DNA of 34,054 nt, taken from contig WELB01000003.1 in the NCBI GenBank assembly GCA_009602725.1, forward strand, positions 1,206,796 through 1,240,849, given 5' to 3'. The notes under the pieces are model-generated. The model saw only the letters and a program-made list of their open reading frames with translations, was not told the origin of the DNA and made no database searches. This DNA comes from Spirogloea muscicola. Its lineage: Eukaryota. Numbering within the stretch: position 1 is the stretch's first letter; each line of letters starts with the position of its first letter. This document shows, piece after piece, positions 20,867-32,315 of the stretch. The position numbers and the translations under genes are program-made.

Positions 20867-23190
20867 CTAGTCCTCCTCATCATCTTCGTACTCTTCATCG
20901 TCCTCGCCGTAGAGCTCCTCCGCCTCTGCGGCCGCCTCCGCAGCCTCGCGCTCCAGCGCCTCCTCGGCGAGCTCTGCACGTCGCTCCTCCGCTGCGCGTG
21001 CTGCCTCCTTCTGGAGGGCCCGCTCTGCCCGCAGCTCCCACGTGGGCCGCTTGGCGTGCTCCGCCGCCACGTCCTTCTCTATAAGCTTCAGGATGGGCTT
21101 CAGCACCAAGAAGAACTGCAGGTGCAAACCAGGGTTGCTCGTCAGTGTCATATGGCAGCCCCTTAGAGAGCAGCAATATTCAATACAGATTTTCCTTTGC
21201 GCTTAATGAGCCACCCCAAGAAAAGGTATCTGGAGTTATATGTGAAACCTGTGCAGTTGACATTAACAGATAACTCATATGGCTTGTCTTCCAGAAAGTG
21301 GGAAGAAGACAAATGTAAGAATTGCTGATCAATTAGGCATGCTTCAATCAACCAATACTATATATGCAGATGCTTAACGGGTGGGTAAAGTGAGAAACTG
21401 CTCGCCTGCACAGCCAGGAGGAGCGGGATCCAGATCTTGCCGCGTCGATTTGCATCCGGGCCGTCAATGAGCTTCTGGTCCACCACCAGCGGCGGCCTGC
21501 CACTGGTTGCAGCGTCCACCACAGCTTCCACCATCTGCGGCAGCCAGACAGTCCCGTCCGGCAGAATCTGGGTAGACAATCGGCGAAGAGTGTAAGCAAC
21601 AGTATCTCGCTTGCACGTACATCACATCCAAGTGCTGAAGGAGGAAAAAGCCAGGTGATAATAATGAGGGCCATATCGGTCCAGGACATGAGCCTGCTCT
21701 TCTGGTGGACTTGAATTGCTTACATGCGTTATAACATAAGCAATGTTCTTGTACTTTAGAATGCAATGCACATCAGGAACCTCGCAACTGTTCAGAGTTT
21801 GTGCTAGTAGCCCTCTCCTGCAACTGTTCAGAGTTTGTGCTAGTAGCCCTCTCCTGGCGGCTAGCTGGTGCGTGCCATCACGTGCATCCTGGGGTTCGTG
21901 AGGAGGTGGCGGGCGCCAACCTTCTCGCCACCCGAGTTGGTGGCACACCGTCCGCTGTTCTCAACGAGGACTGTTGGGACCTGCAGCAGGGCCATCAGAG
22001 GTTGACCACGCTCAGCCCTGTCTCACTTCTGCCCAAGCTCATGAGCTGATTGGTAGCAGCAGTCATTCCCAGAGCAGCGCAGCCTGCCCAGAAGTCCCGA
22101 CCCATGCGGCTGCTCTAGTAATAAAACGTTAAGCCAGTCACAGCTCCCCGGTTCCACCACCTGGGAATGACGGCCATGGTGCACAAGAGTCCTGCACATT
22201 GGCTGCCGGTCGTACGGGTTGCGTTGTGTCCTGACCTGCCTGTCGCCTTTCCGGAGCCCCGTTTCCTGACGCACAGCCTGCTGAAGCGCAGCGGTGCGCT
22301 TGGCAACAAAGTCCGAGTACGACACACCGTCCGGCGGAGAGAGCTGCGCGTGCGTCAGCACGATGGAGGCAATCCGCCACACCTGCTCATGAAGAGGGAG
22401 GGCAGCCATTGCGGTCTTAAGCTGGCGCCTGCATTGATCTGCGAGGCACAACGAGCTCCCATAGCCATGGTCCAGTTCTCTACTTCAGGCCTCTTGTGGG
22501 GCTCGGTGTGCAAGCTCACTGCTGCTGGAGGCAAGGGGCAGTCAGCAGCGGCCCTGACCTTAGGCCCAAAGGCTCTCGCAATCGCACGGAACACCTGGCG
22601 GTCGAGGTTGTCGACGCGGTAGTTGTCCAGGCGGTCCACGTACAGGATGGCGTCCACGCGCTTGTCGAGCAGAAATCTGGCAGCGGCAGCAGCACGAGGG
22701 CAGTCGTGATCAATCAGCTGGTCGACCTCGGCCACGCCGAAAAGGGTCGTCGCACGATCAGTCAACGGGTCAGTCGCTTTTCTGCCTTAGGATCTGGAGC
22801 ATATTTGTGGGCATTAGTTGGCTGTGTAGCCAGTGTAATCGGCTGTGTAGCCAGTGTGATCAGCTGCTTTTACTAAAATCGTCTCATCGAATGCTCTCAA
22901 GCGTGTAGCCACTGTGATTAGCTGCTTTTACTATATGAGATTCGTCTCATCAAATGCTGTCAAGCGTGAGCTCCACTGACTCGCCGACCTCCGCCGCAAC
23001 CCGAGGAACCCAATGCAGCCAGGAGGCCGAGCGCCCAGCAGCGTTCGTGGGAGCGGCGGCAAGACCTGCGGATGAGGTCCAGGGACTGGTCGTTGACGGA
23101 GCCGGCCTCCACGAGGCCCGGCGTGTCCACGACGCTGAGCGTGAAGCCCGACTTGATGCGCGAGCACATCACCGGCCGCATCGTCTCCGA
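20867..23190 (-). CDS. TOC34: Translocon at the outer chloroplast envelope GTPase Toc34 (5' exon(s) with the P-loop in the gap)
   Basis: Exons 23190-23066, 22676-22559, 22382-22236, 21980-21921, 21567-21406, 21115-20867. Motifs GFTLSVVDTPGLVEAG, LYVDRLDNYRVDNLD, VLTHAQLSPPDG, VLVENSGRC..N..GEKILPDGTVW, VDQKLIDGPDAN.RGK, TM WIPLLLAVQFFLVLKPI. Confidence 0.95.
21784..21855. repeat. Perfect 36-bp tandem duplication in a TOC34 intron
   Basis: gcaactgttcagagtttgtgctagtagccctctcct x2. Confidence 0.95.
22819..22970. repeat. Nested tandem duplications in a TOC34 intron
   Basis: ggctgtgtagccagtgt(a/g)atc x2, and gtgtagcca.tgtgat.agctgcttttacta..tcgtctcatc.aatgct.tcaagcgtg x2. Confidence 0.85.
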
Positions 23191-23278
23191 CTGCGCAAGC
23201 ACGGCGGAGAGGCCGCCAGTGAGCCGGCGGCGCTCTGGCGGCGGCGGCGGCGGCGGCGGCGGCGGAAGCGGCGGCGGC

Positions 23279-23528
23279 NNNNNNNNNNNNNNNNNNNNNN
23301 NNNNNNNNNNNNNNNNNNNNNNNNNNNNNNNNNNNNNNNNNNNNNNNNNNNNNNNNNNNNNNNNNNNNNNNNNNNNNNNNNNNNNNNNNNNNNNNNNNNN
23401 NNNNNNNNNNNNNNNNNNNNNNNNNNNNNNNNNNNNNNNNNNNNNNNNNNNNNNNNNNNNNNNNNNNNNNNNNNNNNNNNNNNNNNNNNNNNNNNNNNNN
23501 NNNNNNNNNNNNNNNNNNNNNNNNNNNN
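23279..23528. other. Assembly gap containing the TOC34 5' coding region
   Basis: Ns flanked by (GGC)n/(GCC)n. Confidence 1.
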
Positions 23529-23756
23529 CCGCCGCCGCCGCCGCCGCCGCGGCCGCCGCCGCCAGTCCGCCGCGCCCTGAGCCAGGCACAGCTGGTCCCT
23601 TAAACCTTCAGGTTTTGCCCATAACTGCCAGCTTACGGCTGGAGCTCCCATTCGCTGTAGTCTCTTGCATAGCTGTGTGATTTTAGCGCCTTTGGGGCCC
23701 TTGGGACCTCGTCGATTCTTTCTGGGCTGGCTGTTCACAAGCCCCGCCCCCTTCAG

Positions 23757-23935
23757 AAAGCTGGTCGAGCCTTAGCTGGTGGCACAAGAGCTTGTTTATT
23801 GCCGTCCGGTATACGGGCATCAGCTAGCGACCTCTATGTGCTGACTCGTGGCTACTGAGCGGGTCAGCTTAGCAGCAGGTGATGTACAATTGTCAATGTG
23901 CTTGCCTTTGTACTTGGCCACACAGACCCTCCATC
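23757..23935 (-). repeat. Dispersed repeat family B
   Basis: Reverse complement of 14600-14779. Confidence 0.85.
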
Positions 23936-23982
23936 ACTTCATTCACATTCCATGTTTCTGAAAGAGCTGACTTGCTTCTTCT

Positions 23983-24368
<386 letters not shown>

Positions 24369-24589
24369 GTGTGATGACGTTCTATGTCAACACGCTCAGT
24401 AGCCGCGGGTCAGCACGTGAGTAATACTAAGGTAGACAATCTCATGAGTTTTTTTACATCCATAGATTGGCTCGAGACACACAGCTCGGCTATAGTGAGG
24501 CATCTCTTAGACACGTAGCTTCTGATGCCCGTATCACGTCCGGCTGTTTCCATGCACCCCGCCTGAGAATATGCATGAAGCCCTGCTGA

Positions 24590-24810
24590 AGGGGGCGATT
24601 GCTGTGAAAGACACAGCTCTTTGGAAGTACGGCAATGGCTGTGAAAGGCCAGCCCAAAAGATACAGCTCTCTTAGAGTAAGGCGATGGCTGTGAGAGGCC
24701 AGCCCAAAAGGGAACAGCTCTTCTCTTAAAGGCGATGGCTGTGATAGGCCAGTCCAGAAGGATACAGCCTGTCCACAGCAATGTGATGGCTGTGAGAGGC
24801 CAGCCCACGA
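24590..24810. repeat. Family A ~48-bp minisatellite (4-5 degenerate units)
   Basis: ggc(g/a)atggctgtga(g/a/t)aggccagcccaaaag..acagctct repeated. Confidence 0.9.
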
Positions 24811-24919
24811 GAAATGTACAAGGAGAGGGAAGAATTAACAGAAGGAACGAAGTAAAGGAATGGACAAGTTTCGTGACCCCTAGTCAGCAGCCGCAAGTCG
24901 GAGTAAGTAGCAGCAGAAG

Positions 24920-25300
24920 TCGCCAGTCTAGAGCCTTAGGCGGCAGCCAGGTCACGACCAGCACGACGATGCAGTGCCAATGCCAGGGACCGCTGCAGGG
25001 ACATAAGAAGCCGCATCCGATACAGCAGGGCCTGAGGAAACCTTGCGTTGAATCTGCCTGCTCACCCTTGGTGATGGCGGGGCACAGCGCGATTTGTCAA
25101 ACCGATGCAAGACGGTGCAAGAGGTCAAGCCACCAAGCCTCAAAGGCCCTGTAGATGTCGATGGGGAGCGGAACAATGTACATTCTGCCGGGTGGTTGGC
25201 GTACTTACAGCAGCAGATGCTTGAAAATGGTGAGTGCACTTACCACAATACTTGGCCCCCTGTAGCCCTCCATCGCTAAACAGTATGTCCCTCCTCCCTC
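24920..25300 (-). mobile_element. Decayed 3' fragment of a CRE-type RLE non-LTR retrotransposon
   Basis: The minus strand gives KYANHPAECT(frameshift)VPLPIDIYRAFEAWWLDLLHRLA* ... YRMRLLMSLQRSLALALHRRA, homologous to 13884-14248. Confidence 0.6.
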
Positions 25301-26609
25301 CGACGCCCACTGTCATCCACTACACGCTGAATTCCACCCCTTCCACCTCACCGGCCTGTTTACATGTCCAACTCCTGACACGATAAGTTCCTCAACGAGC
25401 CCTGTTGCCATGCTCGTGGGCTTCGAGCTGAGAGACGGGGTAAAGCTCGTACAACACGAGCGCTGCATTTGGCCACTGCCGTGCCTTGTGATTTGCCATG
25501 TTGACCTAGCAGGGCACTGCAAGCTCAAGGTGAAGTCAGGTAACCAAAGACTTGGCCACATATAGATAGCAAAGAGCGTCGGTGCGGCCAGACGTGGACT
25601 GGTCGTCCGTGGTGCTAATTACTGCTGCAGGTCGCCCTCTCTTGTAGCTGCCCCAAGCACTCAGTCACTCAGTCAGTTCCTGTGGATTGCTTATCCTGCC
25701 GCCACCTAGCTCTTCTCAATCACCTGCTTCCCTCCACAATCTAGCAACTCAAGGTCATGATGCATCCAAGAGTGAGTGCTCATGAACGCCTTTAAGAGTC
25801 GCATATATATAGAGTCCTTGCTGTGACTCGCTCTATCCTTAACAGGTATCATCGCCCTGTGAGCATGTGCCCGAGTGCTTATGTTTCTTATTATGATATT
25901 ACATCGACATATATATTTATTATCTTTAAAATGTTTCGATATACCAAGAGACAGGTGACAACAATGAACGCATGTCACAATTAGACCAGATCTCTGCTTC
26001 ACCCAGAGGTTCATAGCCACTGGGCCAGATGAGTTGGCTTCCTTGCGAGCTAGGGCTTGCTGTATGTTTGGGCTGTCAGCTACTCCTTCACTACCTGTAT
26101 TTATCTGCTGTTACTAGCCGAAGTAAAGCAATACAAAACTCAACTGTGCTGCTGCAATCTGACCAATTTTGGCCAGTCAAGCTGAGATGGAATAGCTTTG
26201 TTCAGTAAGTGGTATGCTTGCTTGGTGCTAATGATCTAAAAATTTGAAGAAAATGTCAAGAGAGCATCCAACACGTCTCCTTATGTTATTGCAAAGGGTT
26301 GTATGGCTTGCCATCGGTACTCCCTGCCAGGAGAATGACCCAGCCCGACACTAGTGAGACCACTATGCTCATGCACACAGCGGCGACTCGCCTGGATACG
26401 CAGGCAAGACAGCAGGCCGCCATCATCAGTAAGGATACAAGGTTTTGTCCTCTGCAGCCTCCTCATAGAGCATGAGATTAGCCTTTGTAAGCGTCGCGGT
26501 GAAATATGGTATTGCAGAACCTTCTGGGCGTTGCAGCCTTTCTTTGTTCCAAGCAATCTTCCTTCATTTGCACACAGTTGTCGCTGCCCTTGTCCACGTA
26601 AGTCCGAAG

Positions 26610-27180
26610 AGAAGTGGCTCTCCAAATAGGGGCAAGGGCTGCGAAAGGCCAGCCCGAAAAGACTTGACAAAGGTCCGAAGGCCACGCTCTGCGCCTGTTA
26701 CGCTCTCGCCACTGCTGCCAGCGCATTCGCAGAGCAGCGGCGGCGGGCAGCGTCCTGCAGCCGATCTGTTCGACCTTGGGCTGCCACTTGGTGCCAGGAG
26801 GTTGCCGGACCTCTCGGCCTTGTCCATGTCCTTCTGGGCTGGCACTTGACAGCCCTCGCCCACTTTGGGAGAGCCACTTTCACAGGTTATCCTACCGGGA
26901 AAGCTTTCGGAAGCGCTTTTTGGCTCCTTCGGACCTTGTCACCCGGTTCCTGGCTGGCTGTTCACATCAGAGAGTGGCTTCTGGGAGAGCCGCTTTGTTT
27001 CTTTCACAGAAGAAAAGACCCTTCCAGCAGAGGGCGATGGCTGGGATGAAGAAAGTGCTCGCCCATAAAGAAGAGGGGCTGGCAAAGCCAGCCCAAAAAG
27101 AATGGACAATGTCCAAAGCCGAAGAAAAGAGGCTGGCTTTTCCAGCCCCTATCCTCAATGGGCGAGCCCTTTCTTCTGAA
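26610..27180. repeat. Family A modules including a palindromic unit at 27048-27176
   Basis: gaagaaagtgctcgcccat..aggggctgg ... ccagcccct..atgggcgagccctttcttc inverted arms; ggctgcgaaaggccagccc module at ~26635. Confidence 0.8.
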
Positions 27181-27279
27181 GAAAGAGGAGCCGGAAAAAG
27201 ACTACACTACAAAACACAATGCAGAGGGAAGCCCAGCACCCGCGAGTGAGCAACATCAGGCCATCCCAGAAAAGGAATA

Positions 27280-27389
27280 CAGTAAAACCTGTCTAAGCTT
27301 AAGCCATTAAACCGACTCGGTTTGCCAGAATTTGAGAACGTTATACAGGATATAAGCTAATGGAGGATAAGCTTAGACAGGTTTTACTG
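27280..27389. mobile_element. 110-bp MITE, pogo/Tc1-mariner (Emigrant-like) type
   Basis: Perfect 22-bp TIRs cagtaaaacctgtctaagctta (27280-27301) and taagcttagacaggttttactg (27368-27389). TA on the left flank and CA on the right; AT-rich interior. Confidence 0.8.
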
Positions 27390-27794
27390 CACATGAATAA
27401 AGTGTCACACAAGTGACGCTCGTCGCCTCTCGCCCCCGCCCACGCCGCCCGCCCGGCGGCCGCAACTGGCGCGCCGCGGATCTGCTGGCGGCAGCCGCCG
27501 CCGATTCTGCGCCACGTGTCGGCGCCGCAACTGCCCGCGGGGGTTTGGCGGGTGAGAGTGGGGAGCGTGGTGGGGCCGGGGCGGGCCCCGCTGGCGGGGC
27601 CTGGGGCGCGCCCGACGTCGGGCCCGACGCCTGATCCCCGTCGGGCCGACGGGACCGGGCGGGAGAGGGAAGCTTCCTTGGAAGGCCGTGTCCGAAAATG
27701 GGGCTACTCTTTGTCTTTGGCTTTGGTCATTGTCCATCCTTTTTGAGGGGACCCACTTCCAGGAGCCCAGCATCTCTGATCTGCGGCTGCTTAG

Positions 27795-28410
27795 CAGGGG
27801 TTACTGAGTGTCTCGTAGCAGCTTTGTTTCTGTTACTTAGCGCTTCCCCTGGCCCCCTTCTCGTACTCTGTTCATTCTTTTTCGGGCTGGTTGTTCCAGC
27901 CCCTATTCTCAATGGGCGAGCACTTTCTTCTTCTTCTTTTTGAGGGAAGGGCTCGCCCATTGAGGATAGGGCTGGCTTTGCCAGCCCCTCTTCTCTGTGG
28001 GCGAGCACTTTCTTCCCGCAGAAGCGAAGCCGTACGCTGAGAGGGGCTAAGGTGGCAATTGTCACGCAAGCACAAATGCGGCGATGGCTGTAAAGGAAGA
28101 GGGGATGAGAAGGAGAAGAAAGAGCTCGCCCATTGAGGATAGGGGCTGGAACAGCCAGCCCAAAAAAAGAATGAGCAGAGTACAAGAAGCCCAAGAAGAA
28201 GGGGACAGCCACCCCGGCAAGATAGTGCTCGCCCATAGAGAAAAGGGAATGCATGTGTATTAAGAGATGGGGAGGCCATGTGTGGCCAAGTACAAAGGCA
28301 AGGACATTGACAAAAAAGGGGCTGGACAAGCCAGCCCAAAAAAGAATGGACAATGGACGAGAAGAAAGTGGTCGCCCATAGGGGGCCAGGGGAAGCGCTA
28401 AGAAAGCCCG
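27795..28410. repeat. Foldback-like inverted arrangement of family A modules
   Basis: Perfect 23-bp inverted pair 27836-27858 / 28380-28402, plus an inner ~70-bp inverted pair ~27860-27930 / ~28113-28190. Confidence 0.8.
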
Positions 28411-29484
28411 GAAAGGATTGAAACATTCCGAAGGCGCCGACAAGCGCCGGAAAGCGAGACTGCTCGGGATTGCAGGGCCGTCGGCGGAGACGTCGGGAGG
28501 ACGTCGCGCGCCGACCGCCAGCAGCGCGCCCCAGTGGGGGCGGGCGTGGGGCGCTGGCTTGACTCCCTCCAGCCACCATCAGCAATACCCAGTCGCCGCC
28601 TGGCAATGCGTGGCCCGTTTGGCCCAGTCCAGTCCGGCCTTCCAGATTACCAGGAATTAGCCTACATGATCCTTGCTTACTACATGTGTTTCCTTCCAAG
28701 AAAAGATTTCTGGTCCCTTTCGAGAATTTCCGGCTCGCTTTTTACAGCCCTCGCCCTTGGCTTCTTCCCTGAAGAGCTGTTCCTCTTCCCTTGTCGCCAA
28801 GGGCTTCGCGTCACCTGAAGCTGCCCATCTGAGCACGTACTGACTAGACTGGCCTCTCACAGCCACTGCTGTCAATCTGGAAGCCCTGTTCTTCATTTGA
28901 GCCCTTCCAATTCGCCCCAACAGTGAGCAGTGCACAGGCTTGGCTTGGCCTTCCCTCGTTTGGCTCTTTCAATTTTGTCCACTCTTTTTGTCCATTCTCT
29001 TTTTTCGGGCTGGCTTCAATTCAATTTGCCCTCTTCTCTACGGGCGAGCAACTCCTCTGCTTCTTCCGGCCCTTTCAGACCTTGTACGTTCCTGTCGGGC
29101 TGGCCATTGCCTTACAGTGTTTCATGTCTCGCCCCGCGTGCCGTCTCTTCCCCCTTTTAAACATACGAAATTCTCCCCTTTAACAGCAGTTTTTCCTGGA
29201 GAAGCTCTCCTTTGGGCTGCCGGCCTCTCACATCCATCAGCGCCCGTCAGGGACAAGCCCCTTCTTGCTCTCGCCTGGCCTCCATCTGGGCGCTCCAGGC
29301 GATCCGGCGCGCACGCCGCCGCGGCAGGCGCCAGTGCCACGGCGCCAGTGCCGCCGCCGCCGTCGCCGCCGCAGAGGCCGCCAGGAGAACGGGCAGTGCG
29401 CCGTCTTGACGGCACGGGGCAGGACGCTTGCCAGTGCCGGCTCCGCCATCCGGAGAGCTCTCGCCGCCGCGCCGGCGAGGCGCG

Positions 29485-31489
29485 ATGCGGGGCTTCCTAG
29501 AGCGGACGCTCCACTGGGCGGAGGCGCGCGCGTCGCTGGTGCTGCTCCCGGCGTCGTGGGCTGCCGCCGTCAATGGCGGCGGCGGCGGCGGCGCCAAGGC
29601 TGCGCTGCTGCCTCCGCAGCGCGCCGCTCTGGGCCTCGGCGGCGTCGGCTCCTGCGTCGGCATCGGCGGCGGCGGCGGCGACGAGGGCGAGGCCGAGGGC
29701 GAAGACCGCGTGCCGGAGCACGTCGTCGTCGCCGTGACGCTGTCGGAGAAGGGCCAGCAGGCGGTGGCCTGGGCGCTCGGCGCCGCGCGGCCCGGCGACT
29801 CCATCACCGTGCTGCACATCATGGACCACATCCCCGGCGCCTGTGAGAGCCGCGGCCGCCGCCGCCGCCGCCGCCGCAGCCGTAGCTGGGCATTCTGCAT
29901 TCCAGCGTCCCCGCCTCACTGGAGCAAGGGTTGACTCAGCGGCAGACGCTGCCTCAGTTCTGCTCCAAGCTTTCCGCCGCCTGACTGTCGGCGCCGGCTG
30001 TGGCTCGCGCGATCGCAGGGAAGCGGCCTGTGAACCGTGCGCGCGAGGGCGAGCTGCGGTTCTACAAGGAGCAGATTGGGCGCGCCTGCAGCGAGCTCGT
30101 CTTTGTCATCGACTCACTCTGCAAGGAGCGGCAGGTCTGCCTCCATTGCACTGCCGCAATTCCAGGGCCGCCGCCGCCTCTACCAGTCCAACCCACAGCA
30201 GCCGGCCGCACTGACTTGTTGCACGGGCAGACCACTTGTGCCACCAGTGACCTTTTGCACTCATACCATTGGGGCTTGGTGCTGGCCACAGCTCTCTGCC
30301 ACAATGCGCATCTCCCAGGGAAGCTGCGTGCGGCAACGGATCGTGGACGAGGCCATTGCTCTGGGAGCTACAAAGCTTGTGCTTGGCGTTTCCAGGTGAA
30401 TGTCTGCCACCACCCGCCGCCACCGCCACCATTCCCGCAGCCGCCACAAATTTGTCTCAGGTGGCACAAATAACCGCCATCTGCCATGGCCTACTATTGT
30501 AGACTTTTGTGCCATGGAGCATTGCGTTTACCCCGGAACTGCCGCATGGGGTTGGCAGCGTTCGCGAGTCTTCTGCGGTAGACTTTTTCGTGCGAAGCAT
30601 GCCGCGCTTCAGCACCATCCACTTTGTTCGCGACGGGAAGCTCAAGTGTCGGCGGGTTGGGCAGGCGCCCATGTCACTTTGTGAGTCTTGACTCTTCACC
30701 GCTACTAGTCACTTTGAGCAGGCATTACACTTGACGGCTATCAAAGGCAAGGCCTTGATTTAAGGCCTTATTATCAATATTCTATCAACTCAACCTTAAT
30801 GCGGTGGTGGTGCAGGGTTCCCAATCGTGAGCAGGGCGCACGCCTCGCAAGAAGCAAATGATGACAGCCAGCCCCTGGAGCTGGTCCTGTCAGACCGCCG
30901 GTCGATTGCCGCGCCCGTCGTCACCAGCATGGCCGAGTGGTTGGTCAAGCATGCCGCTGCCGCAGCGGCCCGCAAGGGCGCTGTCGCTGCTGAGAACGAA
31001 GTTGCTGTCGCGCCAATGGCTGCCGCGTTTCCAGCAGTGCCAAAGGCAAAAGTGCCATCCCTGGACGTCAGCGAGCTCCACCGGCCACTTCTCGCTGAGG
31101 AGTCCCCCTCCTGCCACTCGCCAAGCATCTCCTTCACGCTGGCACCCAAGCGAATGCTGGCTGCCTCTCCATTCTACTCGTCGCCGAGCTCCAGTGGCTC
31201 GCAGTCTCCGTCCTCAGTGCTCGGCAGCAACCACAGCACCCTGGAGGCTGCTTCCTCCCCAAGTGTGGCTGCTGCTGGTGATAATTTGGTGGTGCAAGGC
31301 AACCGCCTCAAGCGTGCGTTCAAGGAGGTCGGTGTGATGCATGGCCCTGCGGAGGAGATGTGGGCACTTGACAACCTGGGGCGCAGTGACAGCCTGCCCA
31401 TGCACGTGGATACGGCAGCCGACACCTGCGGCTGGCCGTTGCAGCTCCAAGACGTGCAGGCCTGCGTTGCGCTCGGCAAGGCTTCTTGA
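29485..31489 (+). CDS. USP-domain protein, kinase-less paralogue of the RLCK at 5-4537
   Basis: Exons 29485-29842, 30019-30134, 30292-30395, 30559-30680, 30816-31489 are in frame. [31 protein letters not shown]...EL.FYKEQIGRACS.LVFV, GATKLVLGVS and IHFVRDGKL all match gene 1; the stop comes before any kinase motif. Confidence 0.85.
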
Positions 31490-31868
31490 GGCAAGAGAGG
31501 GTGGACGGTCACTAAGCGGCCGCCGCGCAAGCCTCAGCTCCCAGTTGAGGGCTGCGCGCCTGCCTCCTAATGGCCAATGAATCTGCCATAGACAATAACT
31601 CCTCTGCTCGCGCCTGAAGCTCAGCTGGTACATCCTGATGGCATTGCTGTAGTCATGCAGTCAACAAGGCGGGGCTTTAATAAGCAGACCTGATCACCAG
31701 CTGGTCCTGCTTGCACTTTTTCAGCTGCTCCAGGTTAATGAAATATGCTAGCTGCTTCTCAAGGTGCTGCCAATTGACAGCATGACAAGAAGCAGGGCCT
31801 CCTCACCCACCCTGGTCATGCTCCTGCGGAGACACCCCACCGCCAGTATTGATCGGCCTGTATATCTT

Positions 31869-31919
31869 GGTCAACATCGCAGCCCATTGTCCATGGTCAA
31901 CATCGCAGCCCATTGTCCA
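31869..31919. repeat. 25-bp perfect tandem duplication
   Basis: ggtcaacatcgcagcccattgtcca(t) x2. Confidence 0.9.
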
Positions 31920-32315
31920 ACTCTTCGATTTTACAAGCCCATTGTGACTAGTAATTTAGCAGCATCTTGTTGCATACATCCACAACTTCCTGGCATGTGT
32001 TGAGGTTATGCCCTTGCGAGCTGCTGTTATTCTGCATCTGGAGAGGGCTGACCAGGGGAGTACAGCAAGTCAAGGGACACAAGCGGCGTGGTCAGAGATT
32101 GCTCTCTCTCCCTTTGGGAGGTACTTCAACAATGTTACAAGAACACTTGGTGGGTACAAGACCACTTGGTGGTTACTGGTCCACTAACTGGCAACACACT
32201 TGATTGGGGCGGTTCCAAGAATCACACCTCTTAAGGAACATGCTGTACGCCTCTCTAGCAGCGGCCAAGGTAACTGCAGCATTCTGAATTTGGTCCTGGC
32301 ACTGCTCTCTTTGTC

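Noticed and set aside
24590..24810. CRISPR-like appearance of the 42-48-bp repeat arrays (also 5506-5640)
   Set aside because: The units are degenerate, the 'spacers' resemble each other, there are no cas genes and the context is eukaryotic: these are minisatellites.
26281..26863. Overlapping 80-134 aa ORFs in the large intergenic region
   Set aside because: They partly overlap family A repeats and show no recognisable protein signature.
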